From Bryobacterales bacterium (GTDB lineage: Bacteria > Acidobacteriota > Terriglobia > Bryobacterales > Bryobacteraceae): a stretch of DNA of 64,000 nt. Shown piece after piece: positions 1-10,316 of the stretch (its first letter is position 1; each line of letters begins with the position of its first letter). The position numbers were made by a program, and so were the translations under genes. Below the pieces are notes generated by a model. It searched no databases. It had not been told where the DNA came from and saw nothing but the letters and a program-made list of their open reading frames with translations. Location: the NCBI GenBank assembly GCA_963738525.1, contig CAVTXC010000011.1, forward strand, positions 56,891-120,890, written 5' to 3'.

Positions 1-1042
1 GCTTCCGGCATCTGGGGCGCAAGACCATCCTCTTCGTCGATGAGATCCATCGCTTCAACAAGGCCCAGCAGGACGCGTTTCTCCCCTACGTCGAGCACGG
101 CGATATCGTCCTGATCGGCGCCACGACCGAGAACCCCTCGTTCGAAGTGAACGCCGCGCTGCTCTCCCGATCCAAGGTCTACGCCCTGCGCGGGCTCGCC
201 GAAGAGCAGATCGTCACGCTGCTTCAGCCGCGCCTTGGTGGATGAAGAGCATGGCCTCGGCAGTCGCCATGTCACTGCTTCGGACGACCTTCTGCAGACG
301 ATTGCTTCGTACTCGAACGGTGACGCGCGCTCGGCCTACAACACTCTCGAAGCCGCCGTCGGCGCGACTCCCGAAGGCGCGGAACTGACCACCCAATCGG
401 TCGAGGACGCCGCCCAACGCAAGGTTCTGCTCTACGACAAAGGCGGCGAGGAGCACTTCAATATCATCTCCGCGCTCCATAAGTCGGTGCGGTCGAGCGA
501 TGTGGACGCCTCGCTTGTACTGGCTCGCGCGCATGCTCGAATCTGGCGAAGATCGCATGTACATCGCCCGGCGCATGGTGCGCATGGCCATCGAAGACAT
601 CGGGTTGGCCGACCCGCGCGCGCTCGAGCAGGCCATGGCCGTCCAAGCATGCGTGCACTTCCTCGGCGTGCCCGAAGGCGATCTGGCGCTGGCACAGTTG
701 GCCATCTATCTCGCTGTCGCGCCCAAGTCGGACGCGTCCTATCGCGCCCTCGGCGCAGTCCAGGCGGAGATCGCGCAGCACAGCGCCGAGCCCGTCCCGC
801 TCCAACTCCGCAACGCTCCCACGCGCCACATGAAGCAGTGGGGCTACGGCTCCGGATACCAGCACGCCCACCAGTCCGATGACGCGATTACCGGCATGGA
901 GTGTCTGCCCGACTCGCTTCGCGGGCATGAGTTCTATCACCCCACCGATCGCGGTCTCGAACGGCGCATCGGCGAACGGCTGGACGAGATCCGCAGGCTG
1001 CGGAAAGAGCGCGCAGCTCCAGGAGGTGAACTCCCTACTTGA
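1..1042 (+). CDS. rarA: Replication-associated recombination protein A (RarA/MgsA AAA+ ATPase), 5' truncated by window, frameshifted
   Basis: Motifs [81 protein letters not shown] and [10 protein letters not shown] are spread over ORFs 235..882 and 500..1042; frameshifts near 225 and 515. Confidence 0.93.
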
Positions 1043-3659
1043 GCAGCTTTTCCAGCTTCCCGAACGCCCGGTCGAGCGTCTGCGGCTTCTTCAGGACGCC
1101 CGCGAACAGGTCGCCCTTCCCACGGAAGCGGGCGACCGCGTTCTTGATCGTGAAGTTGCTGCGGCTGCAGACCGGGCTTCACTTCGTCCCAATCGAGCGG
1201 CGTCGCGACCGGCGCGCCATCATAGGCGCGCGTCACATAGGGCGCCGCGATGGTCTTGCCTTCGCCGTTCTGCAGATAGTCGAAGTAGACGCGGTTCTTC
1301 TGCCGTTTGGCGACGGAGCGCGGCGTGGTGAACAGGTCCGGGCTTGCGCGCGCTGCGCGATGCCCGCCAGCACCTCAGCGAATTGCTTTGTAGTTCTCGT
1401 ACGAGTAGATCGGCTTCACCGGGATGTAAACGTGCATGCCGTCGCCGCCCGTTGTCTTCGGGATAGCCGGTCAAGCCCGATGTCTTCGAGGATCTCGCGC
1501 ACCAGCTGCGCGGCTTCGACGATCAGATCGAACGGCGCAATCCACCGGGTCCAGATCGATCAGAATCCAATCGGGATTGCTCGATCGTGCCCACGCGGCT
1601 CATAGTACGGGTTCTGATCGACGCAACCAAGATTGGTCAGGTAGAGTAGTGCGGCGCGATCTTCCGCGAGCACGTAGCGGATGTTGTCGACCGTCTCGTA
1701 ACGCAGCCAGGCGGGAAAGCTCTCCGCCGAGTTTTTCTGGAAGAAGAAGTCCTCGTGAATGCCGTTGGGGTAGCGCTTCAGCGACAGCGGCCGGTCCTTC
1801 AAGTGCGGCAGCAGGAACGGCGCGACGTCGGAGTAGTAGTTCAGCAGGTCGCGCTTGGTGATAGCCGTCCTTCGGATAGAAGACCTTGTTCAGATTGCGT
1901 GAACTTGAGATCGTGGCCGTCGACTGCGGCAGTGTGCTCTGCTACTCCGTGCCGGGCAGCAATGCTTGGGTTCGGGTGGCGTCGGAACGCGGGCGCCTTC
2001 TTTTTCCGCCGCGCGGCTTCCGCTTCGGGCGTCTTCCGTCGTGTTGACGATCTCCGGTTCTTCCGGCGCGTTCGTTCGGGTTCACGTCCTGCCGCAGCCC
2101 GAGGAACACCGGCGCGCGAAGATGCTTGTCGGGCGTCCAGTTGGAGAACTTGACCTCGCACACCAGATCCGGCTTGACCCAGACGATGTCCTTCGGGAAT
2201 TTGGGGTCCGCGCGGCAAGCGTACGCGTCTTGGTTTCGAGCGCGTCCATCATCTCGCGGATGCGCCGCCAGCAACTTCTGGTCGAAGCCCGTGCCCACGT
2301 TCCCGGCCCACGGAACTTGCCGTTTCGTAATAGCCCAGCACCAGCGCGCCGAAATGATCGCGCTCGCCAATTGGTGTAGCCGCAGATCACGAACTCCTGC
2401 TGAGTTCAGCAGCTTCATCTTGAGCCAGTTTCTGCTGCGCCGCGATTCATAGGTGCTGGTGAGGCACTTGGCTACCAGACCTTCCAGCCCGTTCTGGCGC
2501 GCGGCTTCGAACAGCTCCGCTTGGGCGGGAAGCGTGTCGGAGATGCGCACCGGATCTGCGCGCTTCACCAGCTTTTCCAGCAGCTTGCGCGCCGTTCGCG
2601 CAGGAGCACGCCGCGCAGATCCCACCCGTCGAGATAGAGCAGATCGAAGAGGAACAGCTGCACGGGCCGCGGTGCGCGTCATGTGGGCGATGGCGGCGGC
2701 ATCGGCGGCCATGATCCGGGGCTGGATCATGGCGAAGCTCGGCACGCCCTTCTCATCCAGCACGGCGATTTCGCCGTCAAGGATCGCCTGCTTGGCCTTG
2801 ACGTGATGCGGCAGCACGGACAACTCCGGATACTGGCGCTCGCAGCGGTTGCCGTTGCGGGTGTAGATCTCGAGCTTGCCGTCGTCCACCAAGCACAGCG
2901 CGCGGACGCCGTCCCACTTGAGCTCGGCCGATCCATTCGACGTCCTCGGGCAGGGAAGTGGCCAGCGTCGCGCCCATCGGCGCGAAGAAGCCGGGCATGG
3001 GCGGCTTGCACGGCGCCCGGTGCGGGGGCTTCGCCCTTGTGAGCCGCCGGCTCGCATTGGTCTTTCCCTTCGCAGGCCGGGCCGTGGACGCGCGGGAAGA
3101 TCCTGCGCGATTTCTTCCTGCGTCCGCCCGGTCAAGACGCTGAGGCGTAGTGCCTCCATGTCCCAACCGGGAACGGCGCCGTCGTCCTTCTTCTTCAAAG
3201 CAGCCACTCATTGCCTTTGCCGCGGTTCCGCATGTGCACCAGCGCGAAGTCGCCGCTGCAGCTTCTCGCCTTCCAGGTGGAACTTGAAGTCGCCGCGCTC
3301 GATCTGCTTGGCGGCATCAGGTCGCCGATCAGTTCATACGTGCCGCGGTCCCACAGCATCACGCTGCCGCCGCCGTAGTTGCCCTTGGGGATGTTGCCTT
3401 CGAAGTTGCCGTAGTCGAGCGGGTGGTCTTCCACCATGGCCGCGAAGTGCTTGGGCGCGGGATCGAGCGTCGGCCCTTTCGGAACGGCCCAGGATTTCAG
3501 CGTGCCGTCGACCTCCATCCGGAAGTCGTAATGCAGGTGCGAGGCGTGGTGCCGCTGGATATAAAAGCGCGGCGACCCGGCATGATGCGCCCCTGGACCG
3601 GGCGGCGGTTCGGGCGTGGCCTTGAAATTGCGCTTCCGCTTGTATTCCTCGAGCGACAT
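1035..3659 (-). CDS. ligD: NHEJ DNA ligase D (phosphoesterase-ligase-polymerase domain order), multiple frameshifts
   Basis: PE domain MSLEEYKRKRNFKATPEP...HHASHLHYDFRMEVDGTLKSWAVPKGP; ligase ELKWDGVRA, LEGLVAK, WLKMK, LRAPVFLGLRQD; polymerase DRPLSLKRYPNGI, GAPVATPLDWDEV; stop TAG read at 1037-1035. Confidence 0.93.
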
Positions 3660-3750
3660 AGACGGTATGGAAATGTTCTTGCTTTAATGATATAGCTGAT
3701 AGAGTTGCGCTGATTACGCCCGTTTGCGGGCTCCGCGTGAGGATATTTAC

Positions 3751-4630
3751 ATGGCAAGCAGCGTTTGGAAGGGTCATCTCGCGTTCGGTCTGGTTTCGTT
3801 CCCCGTGCAGCTGTCGGTAGCCGCCCGCAGCGAAACCATCAGTTTCAACCAGCTCCACAAGCCGGATGGCTCGCGCATCAAGCTGGTGATCTTCTGCCAG
3901 ACGGAAGACAAGCCGATTCCCGCGTAACGAAATCGTCAAAGGTTACGAGTACGAGAAAGACCACTACGTCGTCATCGAGGACGAAGAGATCAAGAAGGTC
4001 GCGCCCGAAGACCGCCAAGGTGATGGAGATCCTGGAGTTCGTCAAGGCCAGCGAAGTGGATCCGGTGTACCTCGAAAGCTCCTACTACATGGCGCCCGAC
4101 GAAGGCGGCGAGAAGCCCTACGCGCTGCTGTTCGAGGCCATGCGGGAGAGCGGCTATCTTCGGCATCGCCAAGATCGCCATGCACAACCGGGAGCACATC
4201 GTGATCCTGCGCCCGGCGCACACCGGCATGGTGCTGCACACCATGTACTACCGCAGCGAGATCCGCGCAGCGGAAGAGTTCCGCACCGATACGACGCATG
4301 GTCAAAGAGAAGGAACTGCAGCTGGCGCGGACGCTGGTCGAATCGCTGGCGGCGGCGTTCGAGCCCGAGAAGTACCACGACACCTACCGCGACAATCTGG
4401 AGAAGATGATCCAGGCCAAGATCGAGGGCCACAAGGTGGTGGAGACGCCCGACGCACGCACATCGCGCCGGTGATCGACATCATGGAAGCGCTACGCAAG
4501 AGCCTGGAGCAGAAAAAGCCCGTGCAGCGCGCCGAAGCGGCCACGGCGGAGGCCGAAGAGGCAGCCAAGCGAGCCGGTGGCGGCGAAGAAGCGCGCGGGT
4601 CAGAAGCGCGCCAGCAGATCCTCCGCGTAA
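3751..4630 (+). CDS. ku: Non-homologous end joining protein Ku, frameshifted
   Basis: MASSVWKGHLAFGLVSFPVQL, ISFNQLH, IVKGYEY, EVDPVYLESSYYMAPD, VIDIMEALRKSL and a basic C-terminal tail; divergent from ligD. Confidence 0.93.
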
Positions 4631-5312
4631 AGCGCGCCGTGCGGGTCTTCCTCGTGTTTGAAGAAGGCGAACACATCCCGCCCCGCGGCTAGCTGCTCGC
4701 TGCGTCTGGCGTTCGATTTCGGCCAGCGTCTCCGTGCGAGTACTCGGCCTTGCGCAGCCGGCTGTAGACGAAGTCGGCTGTCACCACCTTGGGGATCTCG
4801 AGCTTCTCCGATTCGGCCAGGCACAGGCTGATGTTGTGCTTGCCGAGGGTGTCGTAGGTCTCGTCCGCCAGCCAGGAAGCATGCCGGAACTCGAAGGCGT
4901 AGCGGAGGTCCGAGGGCAATTGCGCGACGTAGTCGGCCAGCAGCTGGGCGTCGCACTTTGAACGTGGGGCCAAGCTGGAACAGGATCGGCCCCAGGCGCC
5001 GCGACGGTGCGCAGCGGGTCGATCGTCTTCAGGAACAGCTCGGTCGATTCCTGCGCGTTCTTGAGCTTCAGGATGTGGGTGATCCGCATGTTCGCTTTCA
5101 CGGAGAACATGAAGTCGGTCGGGCGTGCTCTTCACCCAGTTCTCGAGCGTGGTGGCCGAAGGCAAGCGGCGGAAAGTGTAGTTGATCTCCACCGCGTTCA
5201 GCCGGCTGCTGTAGTGCGGCAGGAACTGCTTGGCAGGCAGCTTGGCGGGATAGAAGACCGGCTTCCAGGAAGCATAGGCGAAGCCGGAGGATCCGGCGAA
5301 GAGCTTGGGCAT
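4600..5312 (-). CDS. DUF72 (YecE family) protein, frameshifted
   Basis: GSSGFAYASWKPVFYP, NAVEINYTFRRLP, FSVKANMRITH, YAFEFRHASW, ADFVYSRLR, DVFAFFKHEE. Confidence 0.85.
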
Positions 5313-5314
5313 AG

Positions 5315-5648
5315 TCAGTATCGTGGTACGGAGGGATCGATCTCGCGGCTCCACTGGTCGATGCCCCCAGCCATGCTCTGGGCATTCTCCACGCCGCGCT
5401 CTCGCAGCCACGCCGCGACATGGAGGCTGCGCACGCCGTGGTGGCAGAAGAGGATCAGCGGTTCGTCACGATCCTCGAAGTGCATCACGCGCTGCGGGAT
5501 GATCCCATGGGGATCAGTTCGGCGCCTTCGATGCGCGCCGTGGCGTGCTCCTCAGGCTCGCGGACGTCGATCAGCAGCAGCGGCTCGCCGCGGTCGAGCA
5601 GTGCTTTCGTAATCGCGAACCGTGATCTCGAGCGGGCAATTCCGGCAC
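5315..5648 (-). CDS. Rhodanese-like sulfurtransferase domain protein, frameshifted
   Basis: Minus strand across frames reads LLIDVREPEEHATARIEGAELIPM, LFCHHGVRSL, GVENAQSMAGGIDQWSREIDPSVPRY. Confidence 0.8.
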
Positions 5649-5721
5649 GTCCGAAGTGTAGCAATCGTGAGTGGCCGCCGGCGTGCAGCCGGGAAGTGGC
5701 AGGTTAATTGCACATACGGCA

Positions 5722-5730
5722 TGATATAAT
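5722..5730 (+). promoter_or_regulatory. Candidate extended -10 promoter (TGnTATAAT) for the downstream NHL/TIGR03437 gene
   Basis: TGATATAAT at 5722-5730, about 50 bp upstream of the ATG at 5779. Confidence 0.45.
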
Positions 5731-5778
5731 CGGGGACTGCTTCGTAACCGGGTTCCGTAACCCGTTTCCTATCCAACA

Positions 5779-8503
5779 ATGAAGGCTCTTTTGCTATCCT
5801 TTTGGCCGCTCAAACGGCCTTTTGCGCGGACTATTTGACGGGGCAGGCCGCGCGCCTCGTCATCGGCCAGCAGAACTTCACGTCCGCTCTGGCGGAAGTG
5901 CCGGTGTTAGATATGAGGGCGTGCTCGGCGGCGGTGGGCGGGGTCGGCGTATCGCGAACAACCATCTGTTCATTGCGGATGGGAACAAGATCGGGGGTCA
6001 GCCCGCTCAACAACCGTGTCCTGATCTACACGCCTGTGTCCGGGCTGCCCACACCGTACAAGTTCCGTCGCCGCAGAGTTCCTCGTCAGCTGGCGACAAT
6101 GCCCGGTGTGTATCGGCCATCCGAATCTCGTGTTGGGCCAGCCGGACTCGATACGGCGGCGCAGAACATGACCCAGAACGGGTTTGCAACGCGACCGCAT
6201 CGCGACGGACGGCGCCGAAGCTGGCGGTTGCGGATAGCGACAACAACCGCGTACTGATCTGGAACACGATACCGACCTCGAGGACCAGACGGCCGACGTC
6301 GTGATCGGGCAGGCGGACTTCACGCACGGCGCTCGCCGGGACGCCTTCGGCGACCTCGCTCAGCGGACCTCAAGGCGTTTGGATCTCTAACGGCAAGCTG
6401 TTCGTGGCCGACACCTTGAACGACCGAGTGCTGATCTACAACTCCATACCGACGGCCAACAACGCTGCGGCCGACATGGTGGTCGGCGCGCCGGACTTCA
6501 CGACGCTCATTCTGCCGCCAGTGACCAAACCACGTTGCGCCTACCCAGACCAATCTCGACAGCCCGACTTCGGCGACGAGCGATGGAACGCATCTTTATG
6601 TCTCCGATCTGGGTCATAACCGGGTGTTGATCTGGAACACGATCCCTACCACGAACAACGCCCCGGCCGATGTCGTCATCGGGCAGAAGGACTTCGTCTC
6701 CGGCGTGTCGAACGACAGCACAAACCTGTGTCCCTCGAATGGCAGCGATACCTCGACTACGCCGGCGACTCCGACGTACCCCGCCTTGTGCGGCTACACG
6801 CTGTCGTTCCCGCGGTTCGTCCTGTTCGATGGCCAACACCTGATCATTGCCGACGGCGGGAACGATCGCGTGCTGGTGTTCAACTCGATTCCGACGACGA
6901 ACCTGCCGCATGCCGATGTGATCCTTGGTCAGCCTGACGAGAACACAGACGCTTCATCGGCGAACACGGACTCGTTCGCGACGCCTACCTCGCTGGCTTG
7001 GGACGGCACGAATCTGTACGTAGCCGATACCTACAATCTGCGCGTGGTGGTTTACACGCCGATCGGTTCCAGCTGCCGCAAACGGCGGTACGCAATGCGG
7101 CGAGTCTGGAAATTTATGCGACGGGAACGTGGCGTTTACCGGAACCGTGGCACAAGCGACACCGTCACGATCACGATCGCGACGACCACTTATACCTATA
7201 CGGTGGTCGCGAACGATACGCTGGCTACCATCGTTACCGGCTTGACGAACTGATCAACGGAACTACGGAGGTAGCACCAAAGACCCGAACGTGATTGCCA
7301 CCGCCGATACAGTGAATCCCGCGGTAGTGCTGACGGCGCGCGTGCCGGGTTCGGCGGGCGTCGGAACGGCGCTTGGCGCGACCGTGTCGAGCAGTTCATT
7401 GATTGTGCCGGCGGCTCCGGCGACGACCATCACGATTAATCTGGCGAGCGCGGTGCAGATCGCTCCCGGTACGCTGATCAGGATTTTCGGAACGGGCTTG
7501 AGTGAGCAAACGGCCGCGTTCGACTACAGCACCCAAACGGTGCCGCGGACGCTCGGCGGCGCCACTGTGTACATCGATGGAATAGCGGCCCCGCTTCTCT
7601 ACGTCTCGCCAACGCAGATCAACGCCCAGATGCCTTTCGAGGTGAATGACCGGAGCAGTTCGAGCATCTATGTCGTAACCAACCATGCGAGTGGCGGGCC
7701 TACGGCGACCAACGCGATCGGGACCGTGATCGTACCGGAGAACTCGGGCCTGTTCGCTAACTACGGAACAGATCCGCGTCCCGGGTTCGTGAACCACCTG
7801 ACGAACTACTCATCCGGTCTGATCTCGGTGGATGGGACGATCACCGCGGGGAACACGGTCTCGGTACTCGTCAACTCGACCACCTATACCTATACCGTCC
7901 TGAGCACGGACACACTCACCACCGTGCGCGACGGGCTGATAGCGCTTGATGGCCAACGACCCGAACGTGATCGCCCTGCCAAGTAACACCTATACGCGCA
8001 TCTACCTTCGGGCCCGAGTGGCTGGTACGGCAGGCAATGCTATCACGTATGGGGAGAACTCGAGCACGGGAGCGACAGAGATCCTGACAGCGTTCTCGGC
8101 CAATCTCTGTTGCGGAAACAGCGGTAACGCGCAGGTGACAACGTCGAATCCGGCGCAGCCCGGGGAAGTGCTCTACACCTACGCTACGGGGTTGGGGATC
8201 ACCAACTCCTCAACGGATGGCACGACGATCACGCAAGGGCCGGATTCCATCACGGGGCAGCTCGTGACCACCAACATCTCCGGACTGTACCCGCCGGCGA
8301 CCCCGGTGGATTCGATCCTGGCGGGCGGTCAAACCGCGCAGGTGATTGATGTAACGCTCGTACCGGGATCGCTGGGCTTGTATCAGATCGTGTTCCAGCT
8401 GCCGAGTGGGCTGCCGAACGACAACCTGACCCAGTTAACCATCGCGCAGTACCTGTACGTCAGTAACATCGTGACGTTTGCGGTTGCAACACCGTCTAGC
8501 TAG
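5779..8503 (+). CDS. Secreted NHL-repeat beta-propeller protein with C-terminal TIGR03437-type domain, frameshifted
   Basis: Signal peptide MKALLLS..AAQTAFCA; about 6 NHL repeats (LxVADxxNxRVLIWNTIPTxNxxxADVVIGQxDF); C-terminal AVRNAAS, IAPGTLIRIFGTGL, APLLYVSPTQINAQMPFE, NPAQPGEVL, GLYQIVFQLP, SNIVTFAV. Confidence 0.8.
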
Positions 8504-8565
8504 CGCGGAGTTTGACCGCAAGATTCGGGAAGCCGCGGCGGTACGGGCGGCGCTAGATTGAGGGC

Positions 8566-9603
8566 ATGACAATCGCTGCTGAAGAGTTGTGGCAAGCCGT
8601 CCTCGCTCGGGACGCGCGCTTTGATGGGCAGATGTTCTATGGCGTGCTCTCGACCGGCGTGTATTGCCGGCCGTCATGTCCGTCGCGACGGCCCAAAGCA
8701 GACGGGGTGCGGTTCTTCGACACGGTACGGCAAGCGGAAGAGGCCGGATTTCGGGCCTGTCTGCGATGCCGTCCCCAGGGAATCGCTCCGGTCGCTTCGC
8801 TGGTCCGGAAGGTAACCGAATACGTCGAGTCGCATCCGGATTCGACGGTAACTCTTCAGGATCTAGGCACCGCCGCCGGCGTTAGCCCATTTCATCTGCA
8901 GCGCACGTTCAAGAAGGCGACGGGGATCACGCCGAAGGCGTATATCCGGGAGCGTCGCGCGGAACGGTTTGGGCGCAGACTTCCCGAAGCAAGCAGCGTT
9001 ACTGCGGCGATCTACGACGCGGGCTTTGGCGCAAGCAGCCGGGCTTACGAACAGGCGGGGGAGGAACTCGGAATGACCCCGGTGAAACGGCGGAAGCGCG
9101 GCGAGGGCATCACGGTTCGGTATACGATCGCGCCGACAGAGTTCGGAGAACTGTTGGTAGCCGCCACAGGACGCGGCGTGTGCGCCGTGCGCCTGGGAGA
9201 TCGCTCAGAAGAGCTGGAGACAGAGTTCCGCAAGGATTTCGCGCGAGCGGAACTCGTGCGCGATGACGGAGAACTCGTGAACGTGATTGATCAGATCATG
9301 GTTCTGATCGGAAGCTCTACGCCACATCCGGAGATACCGGTGGATGTGAAAGCCACGGCGTTTCAGCGGCGAGTGTGGGATTACCTGCGCGCGATTCCAC
9401 GAGGCGAGACGCGGAGCTACTCGCAAGTTGCCGCGGATATGGGAATGCCGCGATCGACGCGTGCCGTGGCGCGAGCGTGCGCCTTGAATGAAGTGGCGCT
9501 GATTGTGCCTTGCCACCGGGTGGTAGGTGCGAACGGCAATCTGACCGGCTTCCGCTGGGGCGTGGAGCGCAAACGAAAGCTGCTGGAACGAGAGCGAAGC
9601 TAG
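8566..9603 (+). CDS. ada: Bifunctional Ada regulator / O6-methylguanine-DNA methyltransferase
   Basis: Zn-binding GVYCRPSCPSR...FRACLRC, AraC HTH SPFHLQRTFK, and TAFQRRVW...IVPCHRVV...GFRWGVERKRKLL; intact 345-aa ORF. Confidence 0.95.
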   Translation: MTIAAEELWQAVLARDARFDGQMFYGVLSTGVYCRPSCPSRRPKADGVRFFDTVRQAEEAGFRACLRCRPQGIAPVASLVRKVTEYVESHPDSTVTLQDLGTAAGVSPFHLQRTFKKATGITPKAYIRERRAERFGRRLPEASSVTAAIYDAGFGASSRAYEQAGEELGMTPVKRRKRGEGITVRYTIAPTEFGELLVAATGRGVCAVRLGDRSEELETEFRKDFARAELVRDDGELVNVIDQIMVLIGSSTPHPEIPVDVKATAFQRRVWDYLRAIPRGETRSYSQVAADMGMPRSTRAVARACALNEVALIVPCHRVVGANGNLTGFRWGVERKRKLLERERS

Positions 9604-10316
9604 CGGGCAGCTAGGACTTTGGCGAAGGCTGCGGCGGATGGCGGCAGTCCTGTTTGGAGACGTTGTCGGGCGTCACGGCGCGCATCCGCTGTTCGTTTTA
9701 GGAGACCGAGTTCCGCAAGGACTTCGCTCGCGCCGAACTTGTGCGAGATGACGGAGAACTGGTGAACGTGATCGACCAAATCATGGTTCTGCTCAAGAGC
9801 CGACCGCACATTGAGATACCGGTGGACGTGAAAACGAGCGTGCGCCTTGAACCAAGTGGCGCTGACTCGTCGAGTGCAAGCGTAAGCTGCTCGAGCGGGA
9901 GCGAAGCTAGCGGGCAGCCAGGACTTCGGCCAAGGCTCCGGCGGCGGCGCGGCAATCCTGTTCGGAGACGTCGTCGTGCGTCACGGCGTGCATCCGCTGT
10001 TCGTTTTAGGAGACCGAGTTCCGCAAGGACTTCGCTCGCGCCGAACTTGTGCGAGATGACGGAGAACTGGTGAACGTGATCGATCAAATCATGGTTCTGC
10101 TCAAAAGCTCGATCGCACATCCGAGATACCGGTGGACGCGAAAGCGAGCGTGCGCCTTGAACCAAGTGGCGCTGATTCGTCGAGTGCAAGCGTAAGCTGC
10201 TCGAGCGGGAGCGAAGCTAGCGGGCAGCCAGGACTTCGGCCAAGGCTCCGGCGGCGGCGCGGCAATCCTGTTCGGAGACGTCGTAGTGCGTAACGGCGCG
10301 CATCTGCCGTTCGTTG
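9600..10316. repeat. Tandem chimeric repeat (periods 307 and 310 bp) made of ltaE 3' end plus internally deleted ada 3' fragment
   Basis: GCGAAGCTAGCGGGCAG recurs with its TAG at 9601, 9908 and 10218; 9701-9910 and ~10009-10220 align to ada 9216-9353, 9473-9504 and 9561-9603; 9600-9698 and 9907-10006 align to ltaE 10217-10315. Confidence 0.93.

Noticed and set aside
1035-4630. ligD and ku as true pseudogenes
   Set aside because: Motifs are intact and the lesions seen are single-base indels shared with neighbouring genes, consistent with sequencing error; not provable without reads.
7120-8060. Prophage or contractile injection system from the sheath-like modules
   Set aside because: The modules are short inserts in a signal-peptide surface protein; no tube, baseplate, capsid or integrase genes are present.
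9216-10316. Diversity-generating retroelement (ada 3' end as VR, repeats as TR)
   Set aside because: Differences are not adenine-specific but synonymous third-position changes of all types, and no reverse transcriptase is present in the window.
9600-10316. CRISPR array or IS/MITE
   Set aside because: Units are ~308 bp and fully explained by the flanking genes; no unique spacers, terminal inverted repeats, cas or transposase genes.
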